A stretch of 64,000 bases of DNA from Patescibacteria group bacterium (GTDB lineage Bacteria > Patescibacteriota > Patescibacteriia > JAQUQO01), in assembly GCA_028716045.1 (NCBI GenBank), contig JAQUQO010000001.1, positions 798,343 through 862,342 on the forward strand. Reading direction: 5' to 3'. Both the position numbers and the translations under genes were made by a program. The notes under the pieces were generated by a model. The model searched no databases, was not told where the DNA came from, and saw nothing but the letters and a program-made list of their open reading frames with translations. Of the stretch, positions 17,823 through 30,469 are shown piece by piece; the stretch's first letter is position 1, and each line of letters opens with the position of its first letter.

Positions 17823-20528
17823 ATGGCTAAGAAAAAACAGTTTATTATTATTGATGGCTATGCCCTGCTTCATCGGGCGTGGCATGCCATTCCTCCGCTG
17901 ACCACCAAATCCGGGGAGCTGGTTAACGCGGTCTATGGTTTCACTTCAATTCTATTGACAGTGCTCAAAGAATTTAAACCCGAATATGTGGCCGTGGCGC
18001 TGGACCGTAAAGAGCCAACCTTCCGCCATCAAGAATATAAAGAATATAAGGCAACTCGCGAGAAACAGCCAGAAGAGCTTTACGTGCAACTGAACAGAGT
18101 GCGCGAAATTGTCGGGGCATTTGGCATACCGATTTACGAAAAATCCGGGTTTGAAGCCGATGATGTTATTGGCACTATTTGCGCCAAAAAATCAGTGGAC
18201 ACCAAAGAAATTGAATCCGTAATTGTCACCGGTGATATGGACACATTGCAGTTAGTTGATGACAATACCGTGGTTTATACTTTGCGCAAAGGCATTAAAG
18301 ACACGGTTCTTTACGATGAACGCGGGGTGCGCGAAAGATTTGACGGGCTAAATCCCGACCAACTTATTGATTATAAGGCTTTGCGTGGCGACGCTTCTGA
18401 TAATATCTCCGGCGTGCCGGGCATTGGAGAAAAAACAGCGCTGAATTTAGTTAAAGAATTCGGCAATCTGGAAAATCTTTACAAAAATTTAGACAGCGAA
18501 AAGATTAGCGATAAAGTCAGGGGCCTACTGAAAGAAAATAAAGATAAAGCTTTTTTAAGTAAACATCTGGTGACTATTGTCCGTGATGTCCCCCTGGAAC
18601 TTAATCTGGACGCCACGAAATTTGGAGAATTTGACAGAGAAAAAATTAGCAAGATTTTTCAGGAATTACAATTTTCCTCTCTCTTAAAGAGAATACCAGG
18701 ATTGGGAGCAGATGAGAGTGTGGCAGCCAGTAAAAAAAAACTTCAAACCCGGGCCAGTTGGGACTATTCCCTGATTAACGACTCCAAAAGTTTCAAAAAA
18801 TTTTTAGCGGAACTAAAAAAACAGAAGATATTTTGCGTAGATACCGAGACCACCAGCTTGGATTTTCTTCAGGCGCGGTTGCTCGGTATTTCTTTTTGTT
18901 GGAAAGCCAGCCAGGCTTTTTATGTAGTGACCAAACCGGAATTTATTAAAGAGTTAAAGCCCCTTTTGGAAGATGAAAAAGTTAAAAAAGTCGGTCATCA
19001 CCTTAAATACGATTTGGAGATACTGAAAGAAGCGGGAATTAATTTGCGGGGGATGGGTTTTGACACCATGCTTGCTTCTTATCTTTTAAACCCGGGTTCG
19101 CGAGCGCATAAATTGGACACCATTGTTTTTAACGAGCTTGGTCATCGCATGATTTCTTTTGAAGATTTGGTGGGGACCGGCAAAAATAAGGTGATGATTA
19201 CCGATGTTCCAGTGGAAAAATTGGCCGAGTATTCCTGCGAGGATGCGGATTACACTTGGCAACTTAAAAAAAATCTGGAAGCCGGGCTAGTCAAAGAGAA
19301 ACTCGCCGAACTTTTGGAAAAACTGGAAATGCCGCTAATTGAGGTTTTGGCGACTATGGAAAAGTCAGGAGTCAAGATAGATTCACAGTTTTTAAAGAAG
19401 ATGTCCAAAAAAATGAGCGCTCGCCTTGAGGATTTAGCTAAAGAAATTTATAAAATCGCCGGAGTGGCCTTTAATATCAATTCCCCGCTGCAACTTAAAG
19501 AAATTTTATTTGATAAATTGAAGATTTCCACTCAAGGACTAAAAAAAATCAAGACCGGGATTTCTACCGCCGCTCCTGAATTGGAAAAAATGCGCGGCCG
19601 GCATAAAATCATTGATTTAATCTCTGAACATCGTGAGCTGGCCAAATTAAAATCAACTTATCTTGACGCCCTGCCCAAACTAGTCAGCGAAGTTGACGGG
19701 CGGGTGCACACGAGTTTTAACCAAACCATTACTGCCACTGGCCGGCTTTCCTCTTCTGACCCCAATTTGCAGAATATCCCCATTCGCACCGAACTGGGAC
19801 GAGAAATCCGCAAGGCCTTTATTGCCGAAAAGGGCTTTAAGATTTTGTCTGCCGATTATTCACAAATCGAACTGCGGGTTTTAGCTCACATTGCCGATGA
19901 TAAAAATATGATTAAAGCCTTCCGCGAAGGGCAGGACATCCATACGACCACGGCCGCCAAAATTAATAACGTGGCACCAAGCGAGGTAACCGGAGAACAG
20001 CGGCGGGCGGCTAAAGCCGTAAATTTTGGCATTGCTTATGGGATGGGCGCTAATCGCTTGGCGCAAAGCACTGGTATGTCGCGCGAAGAAGCGCAGGAAT
20101 TCATCGGGCGGTATTTTGGTTTGTACCCCAATATAAAAAAATACATAGAAGGTACAAAAAATTTCGCTCTGCGCCATGGTTATGTACAGACACTTTTCGG
20201 CCGCAAGAGATATCTGCCGGATATTACTTCCGGACTGCCCCAGCTGCGGTCCGCGGCGGAGCGCATGGCTATTAATATGCCTATTCAGGGTACGGCGGCG
20301 GATTTGATTAAAATGGCGATGATTGTTATTTATAAAGAATTGCCGGCAATCAGTAAAACGGCGAGGATGCTTTTGCAAGTGCATGATGAGCTGGTTTTTG
20401 AAGTGCCGGAGCAAGAGGCGAAAAAAGTCGGGGAATTTATAAAAGAAAAGATGGAGAACATTTTTAAATTAAAAGTCCCCCTGATTGTTGATGTGACGCT
20501 TGGCGATAATTGGGGAGCCAAGGGATAA
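17823..20528 (+). CDS. polA: DNA polymerase I (5-prime-3-prime exo, 3-prime-5-prime exo and polymerase domains).
   Basis: Motifs present: FEN-like N-terminus, 'DYSQIELR', 'RRAAKAVNFGIAYG' and 'LLQVHDELVFE'. Confidence 0.9.
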   Translation: MAKKKQFIIIDGYALLHRAWHAIPPLTTKSGELVNAVYGFTSILLTVLKEFKPEYVAVALDRKEPTFRHQEYKEYKATREKQPEELYVQLNRVREIVGAFGIPIYEKSGFEADDVIGTICAKKSVDTKEIESVIVTGDMDTLQLVDDNTVVYTLRKGIKDTVLYDERGVRERFDGLNPDQLIDYKALRGDASDNISGVPGIGEKTALNLVKEFGNLENLYKNLDSEKISDKVRGLLKENKDKAFLSKHLVTIVRDVPLELNLDATKFGEFDREKISKIFQELQFSSLLKRIPGLGADESVAASKKKLQTRASWDYSLINDSKSFKKFLAELKKQKIFCVDTETTSLDFLQARLLGISFCWKASQAFYVVTKPEFIKELKPLLEDEKVKKVGHHLKYDLEILKEAGINLRGMGFDTMLASYLLNPGSRAHKLDTIVFNELGHRMISFEDLVGTGKNKVMITDVPVEKLAEYSCEDADYTWQLKKNLEAGLVKEKLAELLEKLEMPLIEVLATMEKSGVKIDSQFLKKMSKKMSARLEDLAKEIYKIAGVAFNINSPLQLKEILFDKLKISTQGLKKIKTGISTAAPELEKMRGRHKIIDLISEHRELAKLKSTYLDALPKLVSEVDGRVHTSFNQTITATGRLSSSDPNLQNIPIRTELGREIRKAFIAEKGFKILSADYSQIELRVLAHIADDKNMIKAFREGQDIHTTTAAKINNVAPSEVTGEQRRAAKAVNFGIAYGMGANRLAQSTGMSREEAQEFIGRYFGLYPNIKKYIEGTKNFALRHGYVQTLFGRKRYLPDITSGLPQLRSAAERMAINMPIQGTAADLIKMAMIVIYKELPAISKTARMLLQVHDELVFEVPEQEAKKVGEFIKEKMENIFKLKVPLIVDVTLGDNWGAKG

Positions 20529-20584
20529 AAGTGTTGTAAAAATACTTTTGCCAACAACTAGGGCGTGTGTTAATATGGGTTCGT

Positions 20585-21514
20585 ATGATTATCTATCTTT
20601 GTGGCGAGGATACTTTTCGCTCAAGACAAAAACAGCAGGAATTAAAAGAAAAATTTATCCGCGAACGGGATAAATCCGGATTGAATGTCGCAGAAATAGA
20701 CGGGGCTAAAATTAGTTTTGGAGAGTTAGAGCAGCAGATACTAACCGCTCCTTTTTTGTCAGAAAAGCGTTTTGTGGCTATCAGCAACCTTTCGGAGAAT
20801 AAAGCCACAGCCGAGGAGATGGTTGAATTTTTAGAAAAACATCAAAAGAGGGACGATGTTATTATGGCGTTTTGGGAAGAAGGGTCTCCCAAAAACAAGC
20901 TGACTAAATTTTTATCCGAACAAAAATATTTTCAGGAATTTGTTCCGCTTGATGATTCGGCTCTCGGTCACTGGATTTCCGAAGAGGTGAAAAAACGCGG
21001 GGGGAGAATCAACTCTTTGGCGGTGCGGACTTTAGTTGAGTATGTCGGCAACAACCTTTGGCAGTTAAGTAATGAATTGGATAAACTTTTGGCTTATAAA
21101 AATAAGCAAGAAATTTTAAAGGAAGACGTGGAAGAGCTGGTTCGCACCAAATTTGATGACAACATTTTCGGTTTAGTGGATGCTTTGGGAAATAAAAATA
21201 AGAAAGAGGCGCTCCGTCTTTTGAAAAATCAGCTATCCTTTGGCTCGTCCGCCAGCTACATAATTTCCATGCTTAATCGCCAGTACAGAATTCTTTTGGA
21301 AGTTCAGGAAGCGCTTGGAGAAACCTCCAATTCTTTGGCCCGTCGCTTGAAGATTCATCCTTTTGTGGCTAAAAAAGCGTTGGTGCAGGCCCGGCGTTAT
21401 AATTTTGAAGAATTAAAAAACATTTATCGGCAATTATTAGAAATAGACAAAAAAACAAAAACTACTTCCTGGGAGCCGGAATTGCTGGTTGACCTTTTGA
21501 TGGCCAAGGTTTAA
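20585..21514 (+). CDS. holA: DNA polymerase III delta subunit.
   Basis: 'MIIYLCGEDTF...' matches the delta-subunit N-terminus, and the product length fits. The start is at the ATG; the ORF track starts at a GTG at 20567. Confidence 0.65.
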   Translation: MIIYLCGEDTFRSRQKQQELKEKFIRERDKSGLNVAEIDGAKISFGELEQQILTAPFLSEKRFVAISNLSENKATAEEMVEFLEKHQKRDDVIMAFWEEGSPKNKLTKFLSEQKYFQEFVPLDDSALGHWISEEVKKRGGRINSLAVRTLVEYVGNNLWQLSNELDKLLAYKNKQEILKEDVEELVRTKFDDNIFGLVDALGNKNKKEALRLLKNQLSFGSSASYIISMLNRQYRILLEVQEALGETSNSLARRLKIHPFVAKKALVQARRYNFEELKNIYRQLLEIDKKTKTTSWEPELLVDLLMAKV

Positions 21515-21661
21515 ATGGCTAAGAATCGATAAAGGGTTTGACTCCAGGGGTCGTTGAAGTGAGGCGCGAGCGAGGAGTATGGGGGCACTTGACAGTTTTT
21601 CCGAATTAGTTTAAATATAACCTTAATGGAAGCACTTTGAAATTTAGAAAGGAATACGACG

Positions 21662-22318
21662 ATGGAGGGAAAAACGTGTGAAGAAAGATTTAGTATGTAT
21701 ATTCTTCAGGGGGAAGGGGCCTTTACGGTAACTTTTGTGTGTTATAAATTAGGAGCCAAGGATTTTGAAAAAAGTTTGTACTGTCACGGATTTTTTGAAG
21801 CATTGGGGTGGGCGATTGGAGCGCAAAAAGCACTGTATAATCACCACAATATAAAAGTGCCGATAGCTATCAATGTTGCTCCGCAAAGTTTTACCCCAGC
21901 CGAGAGGCAATTTAAACTGGGGATGGAAGAATCCGGGAAATTTTGCCCCGCAGAACCGTGGGGGATTAAAATTTTTAAAGAAAGAAATGAAAAAGAATGG
22001 ACTCTCAAACTTTATCATATTATAGATGAGCGGGAAAAAGATTTTTATGAGAAAAAGTTTTCTTTATTTGAAGAAGCGGTATATTATGCTGCCGGATTTC
22101 AAAATGGAGAAGGTTTAACCCTAAGCAGTTTTATCGGCGTAACCTTTTTTTACACCAAGACAATGGTCGCGGGTCGTCCTGAGTTTGCCGAAAAATTTAG
22201 CAAAGGAATTTTTTGGGGCGAAGGCGGTGATGGGGATGTCTATCACTTCATTGAAGATGACGGACTCAGTCTCGCCCCCAAAAAAAGTAAAAATCAAAAG
22301 AACCCCTTTCTAAATTAA
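21662..22318 (+). CDS. Hypothetical protein.
   Basis: A 218-aa ORF with no recognisable motif. A terminator-like hairpin lies at 22293-22330. Confidence 0.35.
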   Translation: MEGKTCEERFSMYILQGEGAFTVTFVCYKLGAKDFEKSLYCHGFFEALGWAIGAQKALYNHHNIKVPIAINVAPQSFTPAERQFKLGMEESGKFCPAEPWGIKIFKERNEKEWTLKLYHIIDEREKDFYEKKFSLFEEAVYYAAGFQNGEGLTLSSFIGVTFFYTKTMVAGRPEFAEKFSKGIFWGEGGDGDVYHFIEDDGLSLAPKKSKNQKNPFLN

Positions 22319-22383
22319 GAAAGGGGTTTTATATTTGATTTTTTTGGCGGAAAAAGTTATTATGCTTTTGATATCTAAACGCG

Positions 22384-22467
22384 CCTTGGTGGTGAAACTG
22401 GCAGACACGCCAGGCCTAGGACCTGGTGGGGGAAACCCCTTGAGAGTTCGACTCTCTCCCAAGGCAC
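22384..22467 (+). tRNA. tRNA-Leu (anticodon TAG), a long-variable-arm class II tRNA.
   Basis: The acceptor stem GCCTTGG/CCAAGGC, D-arm GTG-AAACTGGCAGA-CAC and anticodon arm CCAGG-CCTAGGA-CCTGG are present. The variable arm is TGGGGGAAACCCCTT and the T-arm is GAGAG-TTCGACT-CTCTC. Position 33 is C, which is unusual. The ORF-track entry 22335.. reads through this tRNA and is 5-prime over-extended. Confidence 0.7.
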
Positions 22468-22508
22468 AGTTTCGTTTGCACTTTACACAATTTTATAAGG
22501 AGATAAAA

Positions 22509-23339
22509 ATGGAAAACGAAAAAGGGGAAGAGATTGCCGTGGGTAAAACCAAAATCATTTGGTCAAATTCAGGCAATGTTAATCAGGTGTTGATTGAAAG
22601 TAAGCCAGACATCACCGCCGAAGACGGGGTGAAAAAAGATATTTTAGAGGGCAAAGATATCTTGGCAACGACCACAACCTGCAATGTTTTTACTCTGCTT
22701 AATTCCTCGGGAATTAAAACGCATTTTCTGAAACAGGTGGACGAAAAAACTTTTCTGGCCCGCCGCGTCAGGATGATACCAATAAAAATCGTCCAGCGCC
22801 GTTTGGCCACTGGCTCTTATTTAGAACGCAATCTAGATGTAGCAGAGGGGTTTGTGTTCGAAGAGCTGATTAGCGAACTTTTTTTGAAGGATGATGCCCA
22901 ACACGACCCGTTGATGGTTTGGAATAACGAAGAAAAAGGTTTTGATATTTATGACCCCCAAAAACCATTGTCCGCGGGTAAAAAGAAACATCTCTCCGCC
23001 CGCACGGCGCTTAATTTGCCCTTCAGCCGTGAACAGGTTCTGGAACTGGAGGAGATTGGGAAAAAAGTTTTTCTCGTTTTAGAAAAGGCCTGGGCTAAGG
23101 AAGGTGTCACATTGGTTGACTTCAAAATTGAATGCGGCTTTGATTATGAAACCGGAGAACTGCTGGTCGCGGATGTAATTGACAATGATTCGTGGCGCCT
23201 GTGGCCCGACGGTGATAAGTCCCAAAAAAAAGACAAAGATGTTTATCGCCAGGCCGAAGTTGTTGATGAAGCCAAAAAGGACGAGCTTAAGAAAAATTAC
23301 AAAGAGGTCGCCCTCGCGACCGGAAAATTTGTACTTTAA
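22509..23339 (+). CDS. purC: Phosphoribosylaminoimidazole-succinocarboxamide (SAICAR) synthase-like protein.
   Basis: 'TTTTCNVFTLLNSSGIKTHF', 'MIPIKIVQRRLATGSYLER' and 'LVDFKIECGFD..GELLVADVIDNDSWRLWPDG' match the PurC fold. An AGGAGA RBS precedes the ATG at 22509. Confidence 0.65.
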   Translation: MENEKGEEIAVGKTKIIWSNSGNVNQVLIESKPDITAEDGVKKDILEGKDILATTTTCNVFTLLNSSGIKTHFLKQVDEKTFLARRVRMIPIKIVQRRLATGSYLERNLDVAEGFVFEELISELFLKDDAQHDPLMVWNNEEKGFDIYDPQKPLSAGKKKHLSARTALNLPFSREQVLELEEIGKKVFLVLEKAWAKEGVTLVDFKIECGFDYETGELLVADVIDNDSWRLWPDGDKSQKKDKDVYRQAEVVDEAKKDELKKNYKEVALATGKFVL

Positions 23340-23460
23340 ACGGAGCAAAATTTTTTAAAGGAGAGGCCTTGCCCCTCCTTTTTTATTTGACTAAAAATCC
23401 TTTTTGTATTAAAAAGAAGAGATAGTCAAAAGTTCATTTACAATAAAAGGAGGGTAATTA

Positions 23461-24669
23461 ATGAAAAGTTTACTAACTACCAATAGACCCCATCTTTATA
23501 CCACTTTTAAAAAGGGTGTTATAGATGGGTCTTTAAGCCGTTCGGAGTTTGACGCAAAATATCCAGATTCTTGGGATTCCTTGATGATGTTATGGAATTT
23601 GTATCAAGCGGTGGCGGAAGTTTCTGACGGCGAAGGGGAAATGGAGATTGTTGATTGGCTGGTCAGTACTTTTGGCTGCAAAATACCCGAAGATTCGGTT
23701 TATCGGGAATTTACCGAAGCCATCAAGGCTGCCAAGGGGTTTCGCGCTGGATTAATCAGAGAGTTTGTTTCGGCTATTTATCGTTTTAGGTTTACTTCTG
23801 ATGGTGTTGCCAAACCCACTGATGACCCGCTCAAACTTTTGAAGATTATGTGGGAGCCGGAGGGCGATGAGCGTTATAGTGAAGTCCGGAGTTTTGACGC
23901 CGGACTATTCTGGCATCTGGGCATGCGGTATTTACTGATGAGAGTGATGAATGATAATCGGGTTGGGGAGCAGTTGCGGGAAACTACTCTCACGCTTGAA
24001 GAACGTTTATTTGACGGCAAAGCCGAAAGAAAAATGGCGGCTGACAGTTTACTGGTTCGCTGTGACCCCAAAAATAATTATCGATTTGACCTCAAGGGTT
24101 CACGGCGCGTGATTATTCCCCTGGAATTTCGTTACATTAAAGCCGGTAAAAAAGTTTACAAAGTACTTTATGAAAATCGTGTTAAAACCGAAAATGATGT
24201 TTTCAGGAAATCATTGACCAACAACGCCGCCGATAATCCGCGGGCCAGAGATAGCTGCGCCATTTCTCTGATTTTCTTTTCCGAAGAAGATTTGCGGGCA
24301 GTTTGGGAAGAGCGTCTTTGTAAGGATATTTTTTCCAATCCCGATGCCGTCAGCAATGTTGTTATTAGAGGAAAAAGAAAACCAGAGGAAAAGAATCATC
24401 ATACTTCTCGGGAATTTTTTCCGGAAATGAAGTTTATTTCTTTTTTTTGCGGCGGTATTTTAGAGGTCCAGCTTCATCTTTTCCCCAAATATTTCAATCA
24501 TAAATATTCCATGGGAGAAGAGAACCACCACCTCTATCGTTTGCGTCAAATCCAGTCATTACTTCGGGCGGCTTTCCCCAGCGAGTTTTATATTGATTGG
24601 GATGATAAAAAAATTCAGAACAGCTTGATCGCTAAACAAAAGGGAGCGATTAGCGCCAACTTTATTTAA
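23461..24669 (+). CDS. Hypothetical protein. The C-terminal third resembles a RelA/SpoT-type nucleotidyltransferase (synthetase) core.
   Basis: The C-terminal '...DSCAISLIF...GGILEVQLHLFPKYFNHKYSMGEENHHLYRLRQ' recalls the RSH synthetase motifs syn2 (DxxGhRhI), syn4 (ExQIRT) and syn5 (HxxYK). The N-terminal 250 aa have no match. This is a tentative call. Confidence 0.4.
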   Translation: MKSLLTTNRPHLYTTFKKGVIDGSLSRSEFDAKYPDSWDSLMMLWNLYQAVAEVSDGEGEMEIVDWLVSTFGCKIPEDSVYREFTEAIKAAKGFRAGLIREFVSAIYRFRFTSDGVAKPTDDPLKLLKIMWEPEGDERYSEVRSFDAGLFWHLGMRYLLMRVMNDNRVGEQLRETTLTLEERLFDGKAERKMAADSLLVRCDPKNNYRFDLKGSRRVIIPLEFRYIKAGKKVYKVLYENRVKTENDVFRKSLTNNAADNPRARDSCAISLIFFSEEDLRAVWEERLCKDIFSNPDAVSNVVIRGKRKPEEKNHHTSREFFPEMKFISFFCGGILEVQLHLFPKYFNHKYSMGEENHHLYRLRQIQSLLRAAFPSEFYIDWDDKKIQNSLIAKQKGAISANFI

Positions 24670-24682
24670 AGAGCTTAAAAGT

Positions 24683-24714
24683 AAACCGTCCCAAGTACTC
24701 GGGACGGTTTTTTA
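24683..24714 (+). terminator. Intrinsic terminator (member of the TCCCGA/TCGGGA hairpin family).
   Basis: aaaccgtcccaagtactcgggacggtttttt. Confidence 0.6.
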
Positions 24715-24730
24715 TTAACCGTGTATCTTC

Positions 24731-24759
24731 TTGACATAATTTTTAGGATTATATATAAT
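24731..24759 (+). promoter_or_regulatory. rRNA operon promoter (TTGACA-17-TATAAT).
   Basis: Perfect hexamers with a 17-nt spacer, about 320 nt upstream of the mature 23S 5-prime end. Confidence 0.55.
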
Positions 24760-24832
24760 AAGGATACTGTAAAAAAGAGGGGTTAATTAAGAAGTTTTAA
24801 GCTAATATTAGATAAAAACTGTGAGAGTTTTC

Positions 24833-24850
24833 GCTAACAATTTATCCACA
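24833..24850 (+). promoter_or_regulatory. boxA-like antitermination element in the rRNA leader, overlapping a perfect DnaA-box nonamer TTATCCACA.
   Basis: GCTAACAATTTATCCACA versus E. coli rrn boxA GCTCTTTAACAATTTATCA. A hairpin plus T-run at 24895-24917 lies downstream. Confidence 0.45.
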
Positions 24851-25079
24851 ATTATTTCGGGCGGTTAAAACGCATTATTTGCGAGTTTTTGCGGCCGTCC
24901 GAGAAGGACGGTTTTTTGTATCTTAAAATCTTAGTAATTAAAGAGCGAAACCAAAAAGTTGGTGGCGTTATTTAGCTACTAAGGTAGCGGGACTTTGAAA
25001 ATTCAGGGTAATAAAGCAACGAGCATCTTAAACTTAAGTTTAATTTTATTTGTAAGCCAAATTGTTTATAGAGTGTTTA

Positions 25080-28187
<3,108 letters not shown>

Positions 28188-28264
28188 ATAAACATTGTGT
28201 AAACAATAACTCGTTGCTTTTATTTTAGAGATATCTTCTTGATATAAAAAAGAGGGTATCAGTA

Positions 28265-28373
28265 TCTTGGTGGCTTTGGCGGGAGGGAAACACCTGTTCC
28301 CATCTCGAACACAGCAGTTAAGCCTCCCAGCACCGATGGTAGTCTTTTGTAGGCGAGAGTAGGCCGCCGCCAA
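28265..28373 (+). rRNA. rrf: 5S ribosomal RNA.
   Basis: 'GGUGGCUUUGGCGGGAGGGAAACACCUGUUCCCAUCUCGAACACAG...CCGAUGGUAGU...GCGAGAGUAGG' with terminal helix TTGGTGGC/GCCGCCAA. Confidence 0.85.
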
Positions 28374-28408
28374 GATTTTGATACTCTCTTTTTGTTTTTT
28401 AAAATCGC

Positions 28409-28445
28409 CCCTTTACAAGCAGGCGATTTTATATTATTTTATATA
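28409..28445 (+). terminator. rRNA operon terminator hairpin.
   Basis: aaatcgcc-(13 nt)-ggcgattt followed by a T-rich tract. Confidence 0.45.
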
Positions 28446-28465
28446 AATAAAAGCGGATTAATTTT

Positions 28466-29200
28466 ATGACTCAAGTCGTTATTTTGGCCGCCGGACACGG
28501 CACCAGAATGAAATCAAAATTACCCAAGGTCTTGCAGGAAGTTAAGGGCGTGCCGATTATTCAGCGTCTGGTGGGTTCGGTTATCAATTCCGGAGTGAGC
28601 CAAAAGCCGGTGGTGGTGGTGAGCCATGATGGAGGCGCTATTAAAGATTATTTGGGCGACCTGTGTGATTACGCGGTGCAGGAAGAACAATTGGGAACCG
28701 GCCATGCCGTGGCTTGCGCGCGGGAGAATTTGTCCGACGCCGATAACGTTTTGGTTTTATACGGCGACCATCCTTTTTTAAAACCGGAGACAATCAAAAA
28801 ATTGAGCGAGCTGCACATCTCCTCACCCAGCCCGCTTACCATGATGACTATTAAACTTGATGATTTTAACGATTGGAAAAAAGTTTTTTACGATTTTGGC
28901 AGAATTTTAAGAAATGAAGCCGGACAAATTATCGGCATCAGGGAGAAAAAAGACGCCAATGAAGCGGAGCTTCAGATTAAAGAAGTGAATCCCGCGCTAT
29001 TTTGTTTCAATGGCGCGTGGCTGTGGGATAATATCTTAAAAATAAACAGAAACAATAATCAGGGGGAGTATTATTTGACCGACCTGGTGGCTTTGGCTAT
29101 GTCTGATGGACACAGTATTGATTCTCTGGAGGTTGACCCGCGGGAAAGTTTGGGATTGAATACGCCGGAACATCTGCAAATCGCGGAAGAATTATTTTAA
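28466..29200 (+). CDS. Sugar-1-phosphate nucleotidyltransferase (GlmU N-terminal-domain-like UDP-GlcNAc pyrophosphorylase).
   Basis: 'VVILAAGHGTRMKSKLPKVL' and 'GTGHAV' motifs are present. The GlmU acetyltransferase left-handed beta-helix is absent. Confidence 0.75.
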   Translation: MTQVVILAAGHGTRMKSKLPKVLQEVKGVPIIQRLVGSVINSGVSQKPVVVVSHDGGAIKDYLGDLCDYAVQEEQLGTGHAVACARENLSDADNVLVLYGDHPFLKPETIKKLSELHISSPSPLTMMTIKLDDFNDWKKVFYDFGRILRNEAGQIIGIREKKDANEAELQIKEVNPALFCFNGAWLWDNILKINRNNNQGEYYLTDLVALAMSDGHSIDSLEVDPRESLGLNTPEHLQIAEELF

Positions 29201-29352
29201 TCTAAACAATTTTTTAATAAACATAAAAGCCGCCGGCATTCTTCAAATAGGATTTTCGGTTTAACATTGACTATTTTTGATATTAATGATAATTTTTTGT
29301 AATAAAAAAGGACGAGGAGATGTAATTTAATAACTAGGAAAGGAGAAAAAAC

Positions 29353-29802
29353 GTGGATAAGCTTATCATTGTAAGACATGGCGATTACGATAGCGGAGCT
29401 CATCTCAGTAATCTCGGTTGTGAACAGATGAAAGCACTCGCCGAGAAATTAAAAACCGTAGTAAATGGGTCGTCGGTTTGTATTCTCACTTCGCCAATCG
29501 GTCGTGCCCTTGAGAGCGCAGAGATTCTCAATTCTGTTTTTAATGTCGGTTGCGAACAACATAAGGTTCTTTGGTCCGAGAGTCGCCATCCAGAGGATTT
29601 TCCCGTGGCTCTTGACCTCGTTCGGTCTCACAAAGATAGGGCCGAGGTGCTTATTCTTGTTACTCATTATGAGTACGCTGAGGGTTTCCCTAGGTATTTC
29701 GCCAAGGAAGAGCTTGATGTTCAGTTGCGTTCGGAATCAATCCAAAAGGGAGAAGCACTGGTTATTGACTGTCAGCAAAAGACCTGGTCCCATATCTCCT
29801 GA
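29353..29802 (+). CDS. Histidine phosphatase superfamily protein (SixA/phosphoglycerate-mutase-like).
   Basis: A GTG start follows a GGAGAAAAAAC RBS. The N-terminal 'IVRHGDYD' RHG motif is present with a downstream His. A stem-loop terminator lies at 29822-29860. Confidence 0.6.
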   Translation: MDKLIIVRHGDYDSGAHLSNLGCEQMKALAEKLKTVVNGSSVCILTSPIGRALESAEILNSVFNVGCEQHKVLWSESRHPEDFPVALDLVRSHKDRAEVLILVTHYEYAEGFPRYFAKEELDVQLRSESIQKGEALVIDCQQKTWSHIS

Positions 29803-29864
29803 AACTTTCGCAGCATCTATAAGCCTCGCTAGTCACAAATGTGATATAGTGAGGCTTTTTCTTT

Positions 29865-30428
29865 TTATTTCAACAATAACATCGCCGCCTCATATTTAGG
29901 CCTGATAATTTCTTTGGACTTATCAAAATGTAATTGTTTCCATTTATTTTCCAATTTTTTTCTGGCAGCTATTTTTGCCTCACCTTGGTCCAGATTTTCA
30001 TAAACAAAGGCCGCTTTGAAAATTCCGGCGATATTATCAAAATTATTCATAACATCGGCTTCGGCCAGAATTTGTTCTTCAATACTTTCACGGGAATTTT
30101 GCTGGGAACCCCGATGATTAAGAATGCACTTTTTAACCAACTCAATTTTTTCAGCAGGATACCCGAGTTCTTTTAATTTTTCTTCCGCAATTTTAGCGCC
30201 GGTCAGGTGATGGTTTTCACGGCCATAAATTATGGAACCTATATCATGCAACCACGCGGCAATCAACATAACCTCTTTATCACCCCCTAATTCATCTGCT
30301 AATTTTTCTACATAGTTGATAACTGGTATAAAATGAAAAATAAAGGGCTCGTAGCCATATTTACTGCTTGGTTTTTTACACTCATTCTCAACAAAATTTT
30401 TAATTTCCTGGACAATATCCATAAACAA
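29865..30428 (-). CDS. HD-domain metal-dependent phosphohydrolase.
   Basis: 'AAWLHDIGS' (H...HD) and a downstream 'D' fit the HD superfamily. The product is 187 aa. Confidence 0.7.
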   Translation of the reverse strand: MFMDIVQEIKNFVENECKKPSSKYGYEPFIFHFIPVINYVEKLADELGGDKEVMLIAAWLHDIGSIIYGRENHHLTGAKIAEEKLKELGYPAEKIELVKKCILNHRGSQQNSRESIEEQILAEADVMNNFDNIAGIFKAAFVYENLDQGEAKIAARKKLENKWKQLHFDKSKEIIRPKYEAAMLLLK

Positions 30429-30469
30429 AGCTAAATTTATTCTTTAGCGGGTAGACAAATCTGTGTTCT

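Noticed and set aside
22335-22508. 5-prime extension of the purC-like ORF (MIFLAEKVIMLLISKRALVVKLADTPGLGPGGGNPLRVRLSPK...).
   Set aside because: It reads straight through a well-formed tRNA-Leu cloverleaf. The genuine start, with an RBS, is at 22509.
24842-24850. The perfect DnaA box TTATCCACA as evidence of an origin near the rRNA operon.
   Set aside because: It is a single box embedded in the boxA-like antitermination element of the rRNA leader. The dnaA-dnaN block lies 14 kb away.
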